Shown here in pieces: positions 1 through 9,281 of a stretch of DNA of 64,000 bases. Under the pieces are notes generated by a model, which was given only the letters and a program-made list of their open reading frames with translations, had not been told where the DNA came from and ran no database searches. The DNA comes from Alphaproteobacteria bacterium (GTDB lineage Bacteria > Pseudomonadota > Alphaproteobacteria > UBA828): NCBI GenBank assembly GCA_963422645.2, contig CAXXVO010000008.1, forward strand, positions 160,001 through 224,000, in the 5' to 3' direction. The position numbers and the translations under genes were made by a program. Every line of letters begins with the position of its first letter. Position 1 is the first letter of the stretch.

Positions 1-100
1 ATCGCACGCGACCCGCGGCGCGCCGATCTCGAAGGGAAGGAGGCCGGCGCGGGGACAACGCCGGCATCGTAGACCGGGCGAGGCGAAGCACCGCGCCGCA

Positions 101-342
101 CCGGGATTTGCCGGCGAATCCGCACCCCCGGAACCGCGCCGATTTACAGGCCTTTCAGCACCCCTGAAACGCCCCGAAAATCCCCGCTTCCAGCCAATTC
201 ACGGCCCTTTCCGGGCCGGATTCGCAAAGACTTTCGTCCGGCCCGCCAGCCCCCGGAAACGCCGCCAACCCCTTGACCGTCCGCCTTCTTCCGCCTTCTT
301 CCCGGCATCTTCCGGATTCGCAATGACTTTCGTCCCCCCACA
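101..342. mobile_element. Terminal ~240 bp of a Mu-like transposable element whose body lies left of or outside the window; ends ...CCCACA at 342
   Basis: Aligns by eye with 29620-29882 (shared CCCCTGAAACGCCCCGAAAATC, TTCCAGCCAATTCACGGCC). The 21-bp end sites ATTCGCAAAGACTTTCGTCCG (220-240) and ATTCGCAATGACTTTCGTCCC (316-336) are followed by 6 nt ending in CA, as at 29882. Confidence 0.85.
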
Positions 343-347
343 CCCGG

Positions 348-2831
348 ATGGCGTCCTGGTTCGCGGCGGCGCCGCCGGTGCCGCACAGCTCGATCCATGC
401 AGTCGCGGCGAAACTGTCCCGGATCGGCCAGCATGCGCCCGTGCCGCGGCTTCATCGCGTCGAGGAGCGCAGCGGTGCCCGGCCGGTGCCGGTGCTGACG
501 CTCTACGGCTGCACGTACAGGCTGCCCCGATTTGTCCATGGCGATTGGCGCGGCACGGGCTACTCCGGCTCGGTCGTCTATCCGTTCGCCCGCCTGGAGA
601 TCGCCTACGAGGGCGCCGTCACCCGGCTCCGTGCCGGGAGGGGAGACGACATTGCGGCGTCGGGCGACAACGGCTTCGCGGTGATACGGCGCGATCGTGC
701 GCGCGAAGCGGCGTTCGAGGAGGCGTTACGGGAGGCGGCGAAGCGGTACGGCTACGAGGATCACGAATTGCTGCGCTACGATCACGCTCTGCCGCGCGAG
801 TTGCGCGAAGCGGATATCGTCTTCCCGCCGGTGGGCGACGAAGACGACGCTGCGGGCGGATCCGGCATCGGTTTTGTCTCGCAGGCGGTTCCGCAGCTCC
901 GCGCCGAGGGCTGGCGTGTCGAGATCGACGGGACGTGGCCGTTCCGCCTGTACGAGGGACCGGTCGCGTACTCGACTTCGCTCGAACCCCGGGGCTCCGA
1001 CTGGTTCTCGCTTCGCCTCTCGCTCGAGGCGAACGGCCGGAAGCTCGACATCGCGCCGATCGTCGTCCAACTCGTCGAGACCCTGCCGGTGGACGAATGG
1101 GGAGCACTGGAGGAAGGCTTCGACGTCGAGAGACATCTGACCGGCAGGGTTTTTCACAGCCGGTTCGAGGACGGAACGTGGCTTGCGATCAACGCGGCGC
1201 GGTTCGCGCGGTTCGCCGAGGCCTTTCTGGAAGCGCAGGGGCTGCTCGGTTTCCACCGGGCCGAGGCGGGCAGGCTGTTCGAGCTCGCCGAGGCGCTGGA
1301 GGGCTGCGGCGCGCCGTGGACCGGGGGACGGGAGATTCTCGATCTCGGCGCCCGTCTCCGGTCTCTCGCCGAGGCCCCGGAAGTGGCGGCTCCCGCCGCG
1401 TTGCGTGGAGAACTGCGCCCCTACCAGCGCGCGGGCTACGGCTGGCTGAGGGCGCTCTCCGAGAGTTGCTTCGGCGGCGTCCTTGCCGACGACATGGGCC
1501 TCGGCAAGACAGTGCAAACGCTCGCCCTGCTGGCGCACCGGCATCTGGAGGAGAAGGTCGCCCTCCCGAGCCTCCTGGTGGTGCCGACGAGCCTGGTTGG
1601 CAACTGGCGGCGCGAGGCCGCGCGCTTCGTGCCGGGCCTGAAGCTCCTGGTGCTTCACGGGCCCGACCGGCGGCATCGCTTTCCGGACATCCCCGACCAC
1701 CACCTCGTCGTCACGACCTATCCGCTGCTGAACCGGGACCATGAAGCGCTGTTCGGGCACGACTACGATACCGCCGTGCTGGACGAGGCGCAGGCGGTGA
1801 AGAACCCGGCGGCGGCCGTCTCGAAACGCATCCGGGAGATTCGCGCCCGCCAGCGTCTGGCGCTGACCGGGACGCCGCTGGAAAACAACCTCCAGGAGCT
1901 GTGGGCGCTTTACGACTGGCTGGTGCCGGGCCTGCTCGGCAATCGCAAGAGGTTTACGGCGGAGTTCCGCACGCCGATCGAGAAGCACGGCGACCGTGCC
2001 AGGCAGCGGCTGCTTGCGGCCCGGATCAAGCCCTTCCTGATGCGGCGCACCAAGGAAGAGGTCGCCCCCGAGCTGCCGGAAAAGACGGTCATCGACGAGC
2101 TGGTCCCGCTCGAAGGCGCCCAGGCCGCGCTCTACGAGAGCATCAGGACGGCGATGGACAAGCGGATCCGCGAGACGATCGCCGCGCAAGGCCTGACGGC
2201 ATCGCAAATGGCGATTTTCGAGGCGCTGCTCAAGCTGCGCCAGGTCTGCTGCGACCCGGGCCTGGTGAAGCTCGACGCCGCCCGCAAGGTCACCGCGAGC
2301 GCCAAGCGGGCGCGGCTTCTCGCGCTGCTCGAGGATCTGGTCGCCGAGGGGCGCAAGGTGCTGGTCTTCTCCCAGTTCGTGGAGATGCTGAAGCTGATCG
2401 AGCGGGACATCGCCGCGCGCGGCTGGGGCTACGCCATGCTGCACGGTTCGACGAAGGACCGGGACGGCCAGATCGCGGCGTTCCAGACCGGGGACCTGCC
2501 GCTCTTCCTGGTGAGCCTGAAGGCCGGCGGTACGGGCCTCAACCTGACCGCGGCCGACACCGTCATTGTCTACGATCCCTGGTGGAACCCGGCGGTGGAG
2601 CGCCAGGCCATGGACCGGGCGCATCGGATCGGCCAGGACAAGCCGGTATTCGTTCATCGGCTGATTGCCGAGAACACCGTCGAGGCCGCCATCCAGCGCA
2701 TGCAGGCGCGCAAGCAGGGCCTGGCCGACGCGCTGTTCGAAGGCACGGGCCGGGGGCCGCTGGGGCTGACGGGTGAGGATATCGACGCGCTGTTCGGGCC
2801 GGCGCAAACGGTTTCCCCCACCGGCCCGTGA
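348..2831 (+). CDS. SNF2-family (DEAD/DEAH-like SF2) helicase, probably missing its N-terminus because of the insertion ending at 342
   Basis: Motifs LADDMGLGKT, DEAQ, TGTPLEN, FSQF, SLKAGGTGLNL, QAMDRAHRIGQ. The ATG lies 5 bp after the element end with no RBS. Confidence 0.9.
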   Translation: MASWFAAAPPVPHSSIHAVAAKLSRIGQHAPVPRLHRVEERSGARPVPVLTLYGCTYRLPRFVHGDWRGTGYSGSVVYPFARLEIAYEGAVTRLRAGRGDDIAASGDNGFAVIRRDRAREAAFEEALREAAKRYGYEDHELLRYDHALPRELREADIVFPPVGDEDDAAGGSGIGFVSQAVPQLRAEGWRVEIDGTWPFRLYEGPVAYSTSLEPRGSDWFSLRLSLEANGRKLDIAPIVVQLVETLPVDEWGALEEGFDVERHLTGRVFHSRFEDGTWLAINAARFARFAEAFLEAQGLLGFHRAEAGRLFELAEALEGCGAPWTGGREILDLGARLRSLAEAPEVAAPAALRGELRPYQRAGYGWLRALSESCFGGVLADDMGLGKTVQTLALLAHRHLEEKVALPSLLVVPTSLVGNWRREAARFVPGLKLLVLHGPDRRHRFPDIPDHHLVVTTYPLLNRDHEALFGHDYDTAVLDEAQAVKNPAAAVSKRIREIRARQRLALTGTPLENNLQELWALYDWLVPGLLGNRKRFTAEFRTPIEKHGDRARQRLLAARIKPFLMRRTKEEVAPELPEKTVIDELVPLEGAQAALYESIRTAMDKRIRETIAAQGLTASQMAIFEALLKLRQVCCDPGLVKLDAARKVTASAKRARLLALLEDLVAEGRKVLVFSQFVEMLKLIERDIAARGWGYAMLHGSTKDRDGQIAAFQTGDLPLFLVSLKAGGTGLNLTAADTVIVYDPWWNPAVERQAMDRAHRIGQDKPVFVHRLIAENTVEAAIQRMQARKQGLADALFEGTGRGPLGLTGEDIDALFGPAQTVSPTGP

Positions 2832-2870
2832 ACGCGGTAGAAAAGCGTCGCGGGGATGAGGAGATCGGGC

Positions 2871-3145
2871 ATGGAGCAGACGATGGAGCGCCGCTGGCAC
2901 GAGGTCTGGAGGGAACAGTGCGAGGCGGCCGAAACGATCCGGCTCAGACACGGCGTCGGGTCGGCCTTCGACTATGCGATCGGCGAGAAGCTGCTCAGCT
3001 TCGCGGAGGCGGCGGAGGAACACCCCGAGTTCGCGCGGGCATTGCCGCAGTTCGTCTCGGAGCTCAGACGCATGTTCACCCCCGAGGAAATCGAAGAGCA
3101 CCTGGCGCGGATCGAGAATGAGCGTCTCCAGCGGACTATGGACAC
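2871..3145 (+). pseudogene. Small hypothetical protein (ERRW..W.EQCEAA family), 3'-truncated paralog of 14859-15236
   Basis: RBS GAGGAG at 2858-2863. ERRWHEVWREQCEAAETI...AFDYAIGEKL...LRRMFT matches ERRWQDVWMEQCEAAEAI...AFDYIVGEKL...LRRMFT. Similarity stops near 3140 and the ORF then reads into the antisense of the antitoxin. Confidence 0.65.
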
Positions 3146-3151
3146 AGTACC

Positions 3152-3433
3152 TCACAGCCTCTCTTCCCGATCTTCCTTCAGCGCATCCGAAATGCTCCCG
3201 GGCAACTCCAGCGGCGGCTCTTCCAGGATCGCGGTGCTCGCGCCGCTGCCCGGCTTCAACAGTCCGTTCCTCACCAGCCGCTCTCGCATTCGGTCCTCGC
3301 ATTGCGCAGCTGGAGGGACGAGCCGCGCGACCACCGCACCCCGATCCTGAACCTGAACTTCGCCGCCGTGCTGGGCCTCACGCACGTATTGCGTGAGGTT
3401 CGAATGAAATTCTGAAACCGACACCACCCTCAT
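3152..3433 (-). CDS. Phd/YefM-family type II antitoxin
   Basis: MRVVSVSEFHSNLTQYVREAQHGGEVQVQDRGAVVARLVP is a typical Phd N-terminus. ATG at 3433 overlaps the upstream stop (ATGA); RBS GGAGGA. Confidence 0.85.
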   Translation of the reverse strand: MRVVSVSEFHSNLTQYVREAQHGGEVQVQDRGAVVARLVPPAAQCEDRMRERLVRNGLLKPGSGASTAILEEPPLELPGSISDALKEDREERL

Positions 3434-3798
3434 GTGCTGATTCCTCCGTCCATCTTGCCGCAACCCGATGCGCAATGTGGCCGTTGGGGAACCCCGGGAT
3501 CCGTTTCCCGGCCTGCCCGGAATTCCCGCCACAGCCCAAGCGCGAGATCGAACTTGCCATCCGTGAGTGCGACCGTCGCGCGTACGGCGATGGAAGCGGG
3601 TGAGCGGTGCAGTGTGCACGCCCTCTCCGCAAGCGCCCGCGCTTCGTCGCTGCGGCCGCTTCGGATGGCGGCTGACGCCCGCCGCCGGCAACCGGCGGCG
3701 GCCCGCTCGACGGCGAGCACCTGGCGAAGGTCGGTCTGGCAGCGATGGCATGACGGGCCGTCAACCCGCTTCGCGCCGCAAGTCGGGCAGCAGTGCAA
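3430..3798 (-). CDS. Small Zn-ribbon plus TPR-like helical protein, last gene of the accessory Hsp70 module
   Basis: CPTC...CHRC followed by Ala-rich helices (DEARALAERACTL). Starts 5 bp after the Hsp70 stop. Confidence 0.7.
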   Translation of the reverse strand: MHCCPTCGAKRVDGPSCHRCQTDLRQVLAVERAAAGCRRRASAAIRSGRSDEARALAERACTLHRSPASIAVRATVALTDGKFDLALGLWREFRAGRETDPGVPQRPHCASGCGKMDGGIST

Positions 3799-3803
3799 GG
3801 GGC

Positions 3804-5564
3804 CTACTCCAGGTAGAAGAGGATTTCGTCGAGGTTCTGTCTGATCGCGGCGGCGTCCTCGGCCTGGCTCTCTCTATCCGCGGCGCGCAAGCGCTCGATC
3901 AGTACGGCTATCTCCTCGCGGTCCTCCTCCGGGGCGGTGTCGAGCGCCAGTTCGGCCCGCTCCAGGGTATCCTGGACCGTGCCCGAGCCATCCGCCGGCG
4001 CGGCAGGCTCGGCGCCGGCGCTCTCCCCGGCTGCCGCCTGCTCGCCCCAGAGCCCCTCGATCCGCTCCTTCGCGGCGGCCAGGTCCTCACCGCTGGAGCG
4101 GCCCGTCGCGTTCTCTACCACGCCGTGAACCTCGCGCCCCGTGCCCCGCTCCACCGCATGCACATTCAAGAGCCCGTCGAGATCGAGATGGTATGTGAAC
4201 AGAAGTCCCTGATCGTATGCCGAGCGGTGCCGGTTCAGCCCGGCGAAGCGGAACGAACCGATCTCCACGTTCTTCAGCGCGTCCGGGTCCTCCCCCTGGT
4301 AGACCTTGATCTCCACCGCTTCCTGCTCCTCGAATACGGTGAAGAAGGCTTCCGTCCGGGTCGCCGGAAGCTTGGTGTTGCGCCGGATGATGGGAACGAA
4401 CTGGTGCGCATAGGGCAGGCCGTGAAGTTTCCCCAGCGTGCTGGTCCCGAAGGTGTAGGGCGTGATGTCGACCAGCACCGCGTGCATGTCCCGGCCCATC
4501 TCGATCCCGGCCTGCACTGCTGCGCCCAGCGCAACGCACAGGTCGGGATCCACCTCGCCGTGGGGCTCCTGTCCCAGCCTCTCCGCGAGCAGTTGCGCGA
4601 TGCGGGGTATGCGCGTGGACCCGCCCACCATTAGAATGCGGTCGAGCTGGCTCGGGCGCACGTCCGCGTCGTTCAGCGCCGTGGTCACCGACTGCATGGT
4701 CCGGGCGAGCGGCTCTTCGATGTCCTGCTCGAACTCCAGGCGGCTCAACTCGCAGGAAAGATGCCTGGCCTCGCCGCCGGCCGACGCTACGTGGTCCTCC
4801 TCCACGTTCACATAGGGTTGGCTCGAGAGCTCGATCTTGGCCGCCTCGGCCGCCCGCCGCAGCCGCGCCTGCAGAACCCGGTCGCCCTGAGCGCCGTCGA
4901 TGCCGAGTTCGCTCTCGACGCGCTCGTTGAGGCGATCGGCGACGATCCTGTCGAAGTCGTCCCCGCCCAGACGGTTGTCCCCGGTCGACGCCAGCACCTC
5001 GACCACGCCTTCCTCGATCGACACCACCGAGACGTCGAAGGTCCCGCCGCCGAGGTCGTAGACCAGGATCGTGCGGCTGCCCTCGCTGAGGCTCTCGTAG
5101 CTGAGCGCCGCAGCCGTCGGCTCGTTGATGATCCGCACCACCTCCATCCCGGCAATCTCGCCCGCTTCCCGGGTCGCCTGCCGCTGCGCGTCGGTGAAGT
5201 AGGCGGGCACCGTAATCACCGCCTTCTGCACGCCGTGGCCCAGGGCGCGTTCCGCCCGTTCCCTCAGCGCCTTGAGGATGAACGCAGAGATCTCCTGCGG
5301 CGTGTACTCCTCCTCACCCATACTCACCCGCTCGCCGGTGCCCATCAGGCGTTTGACGGAAAGCACCGTCCGCTCGGGCGCGGCGGCCCACTGGTTGCGC
5401 GCCTGGCGCCCGACGATGACGCTGCCCGCCTCGTCAACCCCGACGCACGAAGGCAGAATCGCCTCACCGTCCTCGCGGACGACTTCCGGCCTCCCGTCCG
5501 AGAGAATCGCCACCTCGGAGTTGGTCGTGCCCAGGTCAATGCCGATGATCGTATCGGATCCCAT
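3804..5564 (-). CDS. Hsp70-family protein (accessory DnaK-like)
   Basis: IIGIDLGTTNS, AVITVPAYF, IINEPTAAAL, VYDLGGGTFDVS, LGGDDFD, VGGSTRIP; linker VLVDITPYTFG; short C-terminal lid. Confidence 0.95.
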   Translation of the reverse strand: MGSDTIIGIDLGTTNSEVAILSDGRPEVVREDGEAILPSCVGVDEAGSVIVGRQARNQWAAAPERTVLSVKRLMGTGERVSMGEEEYTPQEISAFILKALRERAERALGHGVQKAVITVPAYFTDAQRQATREAGEIAGMEVVRIINEPTAAALSYESLSEGSRTILVYDLGGGTFDVSVVSIEEGVVEVLASTGDNRLGGDDFDRIVADRLNERVESELGIDGAQGDRVLQARLRRAAEAAKIELSSQPYVNVEEDHVASAGGEARHLSCELSRLEFEQDIEEPLARTMQSVTTALNDADVRPSQLDRILMVGGSTRIPRIAQLLAERLGQEPHGEVDPDLCVALGAAVQAGIEMGRDMHAVLVDITPYTFGTSTLGKLHGLPYAHQFVPIIRRNTKLPATRTEAFFTVFEEQEAVEIKVYQGEDPDALKNVEIGSFRFAGLNRHRSAYDQGLLFTYHLDLDGLLNVHAVERGTGREVHGVVENATGRSSGEDLAAAKERIEGLWGEQAAAGESAGAEPAAPADGSGTVQDTLERAELALDTAPEEDREEIAVLIERLRAADRESQAEDAAAIRQNLDEILFYLE

Positions 5565-6238
5565 CAAATTCGCTCCTGCGTGTCATTGCGGTTCACGGCT
5601 ACATCGGCGAGGCGCAGAACGACCTCATCCCGCGTGTATCCGCCGAGCAGCTCCTCGACCACCATACCGTTCTCGACCCGCTCGACCCGGCGCACTTCCG
5701 CCGCATGCATGGTGCGCGCATCGAAGGGCTCCCCGGCGGTCTGCACGCGCCGCACCCCGAACCCGGACAGTATCCGGTCGAAACGCCTGAGCGCCATCTC
5801 GTAGCCTTCCGCGACACCGCGGATGCCACGAGGCGGGCGCCGGAACAGTCCCGGGCGCTCGCGCAGCTCCGTCGCCGCTTCCAGGCCCCGCGCAAGGGCA
5901 TCGCGCACCTCGAGGACGGAGCGCAGGCAGCGGTTCTCGGCCTCGCGCGAAACCCGCCTCTCCAACGCCGCCAGGTCGTCCTCGCGCCGCTTCATCGACG
6001 CTGCCGCGCCGTCGTAGCGCGCCGCCGCCTGCGCAAGCTCCCGCCCCGCCTTCGACTGCTCGCGGTTCTGAAGCCGGATTTCCTGGCGCAGTGCAGCCAG
6101 TTCGGCAAACAGGTCGTGCAGATCGGGCGCCGGCGGCGCCCCGTTCTCCACGTCCCCGGATTCATCACCCAACTCGTCCAGCCAGCGCCCGAAGTCCTCC
6201 AGGGCCCGGCGTTTCCATCCGTCGCCCGGCTCACTCAT
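5564..6238 (-). CDS. GrpE-like nucleotide exchange factor
   Basis: N-terminal coiled coil, then VLEVRDALARG, GEPFDARTMHAAE, GMVVEELLGGY...VLRLADVAV. TGATG overlap with the Hsp70 start. Confidence 0.85.
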   Translation of the reverse strand: MSEPGDGWKRRALEDFGRWLDELGDESGDVENGAPPAPDLHDLFAELAALRQEIRLQNREQSKAGRELAQAAARYDGAAASMKRREDDLAALERRVSREAENRCLRSVLEVRDALARGLEAATELRERPGLFRRPPRGIRGVAEGYEMALRRFDRILSGFGVRRVQTAGEPFDARTMHAAEVRRVERVENGMVVEELLGGYTRDEVVLRLADVAVNRNDTQERI

Positions 6239-6536
6239 CCTGCAGGCCTTCCGCCGCAATCAGCGTCTTCAGGCCGGGTATCGTACGCCGCCGGGGGCGT
6301 GCCTCGACCAGCGCGGCCAGCGCAAGCTCGAAATCGCCGTGCTGCGCCATCCCGAACAGCGCGGTCTCGACACGGGCGCGATCGTCCTTCAGCGCCTCGT
6401 AGGCCGCGACGATCCGTTGGCTGTACTCCGGCTCCCGGCTCGGCGGATGCGCCCGGATCAGCGCCAGATAGCGACGCCGGACATCCTCCCGGGAAGCCGA
6501 GGGGGAGAGCCCAAGAGCAAGATAGTGGGCCAGCAT
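6231..6536 (-). CDS. Small J-domain (DnaJ-like) protein with non-canonical HPPS in place of HPD
   Basis: HYLALGLSPSASREDVRRRYLALIRAHPPSREPEYSQRIVAAYEALKD follows the J-domain helix pattern. Confidence 0.8.
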   Translation of the reverse strand: MLAHYLALGLSPSASREDVRRRYLALIRAHPPSREPEYSQRIVAAYEALKDDRARVETALFGMAQHGDFELALAALVEARPRRRTIPGLKTLIAAEGLQDE

Positions 6537-6539
6537 CGC

Positions 6540-9281
6540 CTATGCGCCCAGACGCCGCCGGCGCCCGTATGCGCGCGGGAAAAGGAAGATGCGCGCCTCC
6601 CGCGTCAGCCCCCCGCGCAGGCCGGCTTCCTCGCACTTGCGCGCGGCCCGGTCCAGATTGTGACGGATCTCCGGCTCGACTCTCGCAAACTCCGCCAACT
6701 CCCTGAGCAGGGGAGAGGGAACGCCCCGAAGCTCGTGCCTGTCGATCAGGCTCTCCAGGGCATCGAGCTCCTCCATCGCCTCGCCGTCGAACAGCATGCC
6801 CTGTCTCGGCTCGTTCGCAGTTCCCTTGCCGAGGCCGGGCCTCAGCGCGTCCATGAATGCTTCGAGCGACGGCCCTTCGTCCTCCAGGTCCTCCTCAGGT
6901 TCCACCAGTGCGTCCAGCAGGCTCGACAACGGCGGGGGAAGGTCATCGCCGAACACAGGCCCGAACGGATCCAGAACCCCGAAGTCCAGGGTCTGCAGGG
7001 CCTCGCGCAGCACGCCGCTCGCGCCGCGCGCAAGCCGCTCTGCCCCCGCCCGCAAGCGTTTGCGGTCGGACGGCGCCGCCGCGTCCAGTGCTTCCTCGAA
7101 ACGCCTGGAATCGTAGTCGTCTCCCTCCTGGTAGCGGATCACCGCGAGGTAAAGGAGAAGCACAGGGTCCCGCCCGGCCTTCTTTTCTCCGGACAGCCGG
7201 CGATTGATCTCCGCGCGCACCGCCTCCCGCCCGCCGCAGCCCATCAAAATGTCGAAGACATCGAGCAGCCCCTCGTCCCTCTGCTTGCGCATGATCGCGC
7301 CCCACCAGTCGAACAGGACCGGCGCGACGTGAAGACGGCCGTAGAGGATACGGAGATCGGCCGGCTGGGGAGCGAGCAGCCCCGCCGCAGCATCCGCATC
7401 GAGCTCGCCGATCAGCGGTGCCTTGAGCGTCAGAAGCCCCCGCACGGCGCTCGCCATGTCCGGCGTCACGTTCTTGATGTTCCTGTTGGCATCCAGCTCG
7501 TGAAGCAGCAGCGCCAGCGTCCTGATCTGGCCGGCAGCGGCAAGGCCCTCCAGATGAGGAGCCACCGTCTCGGCGGCGTCCCGGCCCGACGACACAACCT
7601 CCAGCACAAGGCGCTTCGAGGCCACTATGCCTGTAAGCCCGGCGCGGCCCAGGGCCTCGGCCCGCTCCAGATCCCGCGCCGCCATCTCGAACCGCCCGCT
7701 CTTGCGGCTCTGGTCCGACGACTTGAGAAAGCCCACCGCCTGAAGATCGACGATGCGCTCATCGTGCGGCGCGCAGCGCCGGGCCTCGGCCAGGGCCTGC
7801 TCGGCCTTGCGGTAGGCGTTGCCGGAGTAGTGCAGCGTGGCCAGCTCGAGCCAGGGCTCGGCGTCGTCGGGAAAACGCAACGCCATGTCCTGCAGGACGC
7901 GGCCCTGCCTCGCCTTGTTCTCCCTGCCGCCGCTCAGCAGTTCCACCAGGAAACGGTATCCTTCCCGGTTGTCGGGAGCCGACGCCAGGCTCGCCTCCAT
8001 CAGATCGGCAAACAGCGTCCCGGTCTCGATGCGCGAGACATCCAGAAGCCCGCACAGCGCCCTCTCCATGGGGGGAGGCAGGAACTCGGGCTGGACGGTC
8101 CGATGCCCGGCTCGGGCCAGGGCCTCGAAGACGCGGCCCTTGACCAGCGACCGATCCCCGGCCCGGGGAAACTCTGTCGAAAGACGGCCAAAGAGGGTCA
8201 CCGCCGCCCGGGGATCCCACGAGTCCAGCGACGCCTTCTGGAGAACCAGTCCGATCCTGGCCAGCACCCCCGGAACCCGCCTGCCCGGCAGAAGCTGCTG
8301 CGCAAGCCCCTCGACCGTGCGCAAGGAAAGACGGCTCCGAGCGGTGGCAAGGCCCGCGACCTGCACCAGATCGACCAGTGCCGGCAAGGGATCCTCCGGG
8401 CAGAGAGCGTCGGCCAGGCGGTTCATCAGCCGTTCGATCGCGCGCGGGCGTTCGTTGCTGCGCAGAGCCTGGCGCAACTCGTCCCCCAGCGCGGCCACCG
8501 CCGCGCCGTCCGTCCCCAGCGCCCGTTGCGTCCGCGCCGACCCACCCTTGACACCGGAGCCGCTCACCCCCTTCAACTCGGCAACGGTGTCGGTGAGAAC
8601 GAAGCCGGGAGGCAGCAGCGCAAGTGCCCGGCGCAGCCCTTCGTCGTCGCCCGCCCCGAAACACGCCATGGCCTTGCAGAATATGCGCCAGCCTGCGAAC
8701 GGCGATCGCCGGGGCAGACCGCGCAGCAAGTCGGACGCGCGTGCCCATTCCCCGGCGTCCATCGCCTCCAGGCTGCGCATGACGTGGCCAGCGTCCCGCC
8801 GGAGCGCATGGCCCTCGTCGAGGACCTCCAGCGCCTCCCAGCGTCGCCGGACCACGAGCCGGTCGGCCAGAGACCTCTCGGCCCCGGCGATCGTCGGTCC
8901 CGCTTTCAGGTGCGCCGCATAGGCCGCCACCGCGTCGCCCGCGTCAAGGTGGTCGAAATAACGCAACAGGTCGTCCTCACCGAGCGTCTCCGGGAGTATG
9001 GACGCGCGGTGAGCCGCAGCCCGCGCGCGCATGGAAGCCGCCTCTCTCCGCTGCCCCCTCTCCGCCAGTTCCCGGGAACGCTGGATGAAGGCGCAGAAGT
9101 GTAGGAGCGCCCACTCCTCCAGATCGCCCTCCTTGTCCTGTATCCGCTTTAGCCGTTCGAGGGCACCGCGGGCGTCGCCCTTGGCCAACAGCCGCCGGGC
9201 CTGCTCCAGCAGCTCGCTGGTCGAGACCCTGCCCGACCGTTTCCGCCTGCGCTTCCTTCGGCTGTGCTTCCCCGACGCCAT
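6540..9281 (-). CDS. Large (~913 aa) all-helical TPR-like protein, first gene of the Hsp70 module
   Basis: Basic N-terminus (KHSRRKRRRKR); TPR-like segments (FPDDAEPWLELATLHYSGNAYRKAEQALAEARRCAPHD). Stop lies 3 bp before the J-domain ATG. Confidence 0.75.
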   Translation of the reverse strand: MASGKHSRRKRRRKRSGRVSTSELLEQARRLLAKGDARGALERLKRIQDKEGDLEEWALLHFCAFIQRSRELAERGQRREAASMRARAAAHRASILPETLGEDDLLRYFDHLDAGDAVAAYAAHLKAGPTIAGAERSLADRLVVRRRWEALEVLDEGHALRRDAGHVMRSLEAMDAGEWARASDLLRGLPRRSPFAGWRIFCKAMACFGAGDDEGLRRALALLPPGFVLTDTVAELKGVSGSGVKGGSARTQRALGTDGAAVAALGDELRQALRSNERPRAIERLMNRLADALCPEDPLPALVDLVQVAGLATARSRLSLRTVEGLAQQLLPGRRVPGVLARIGLVLQKASLDSWDPRAAVTLFGRLSTEFPRAGDRSLVKGRVFEALARAGHRTVQPEFLPPPMERALCGLLDVSRIETGTLFADLMEASLASAPDNREGYRFLVELLSGGRENKARQGRVLQDMALRFPDDAEPWLELATLHYSGNAYRKAEQALAEARRCAPHDERIVDLQAVGFLKSSDQSRKSGRFEMAARDLERAEALGRAGLTGIVASKRLVLEVVSSGRDAAETVAPHLEGLAAAGQIRTLALLLHELDANRNIKNVTPDMASAVRGLLTLKAPLIGELDADAAAGLLAPQPADLRILYGRLHVAPVLFDWWGAIMRKQRDEGLLDVFDILMGCGGREAVRAEINRRLSGEKKAGRDPVLLLYLAVIRYQEGDDYDSRRFEEALDAAAPSDRKRLRAGAERLARGASGVLREALQTLDFGVLDPFGPVFGDDLPPPLSSLLDALVEPEEDLEDEGPSLEAFMDALRPGLGKGTANEPRQGMLFDGEAMEELDALESLIDRHELRGVPSPLLRELAEFARVEPEIRHNLDRAARKCEEAGLRGGLTREARIFLFPRAYGRRRRLGA

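Noticed and set aside
144-539. ORFs 144-539 and 155-343 with repeated GRKSLRIR
   Set aside because: They are translations of the non-coding transposon end sites.
3804-5564. Housekeeping dnaK
   Set aside because: Divergent linker and lid, atypical J and GrpE partners and an island location indicate an accessory Hsp70, so no gene symbol was given.
726-9104. Long antisense ORFs (726-3302, 6339-9104) and similar ones (12583-15144, 24953-27907, 32616-34745, 39829-41631)
   Set aside because: These are shadow frames opposite well-supported genes, expected at this GC content, and carry no recognisable motifs.
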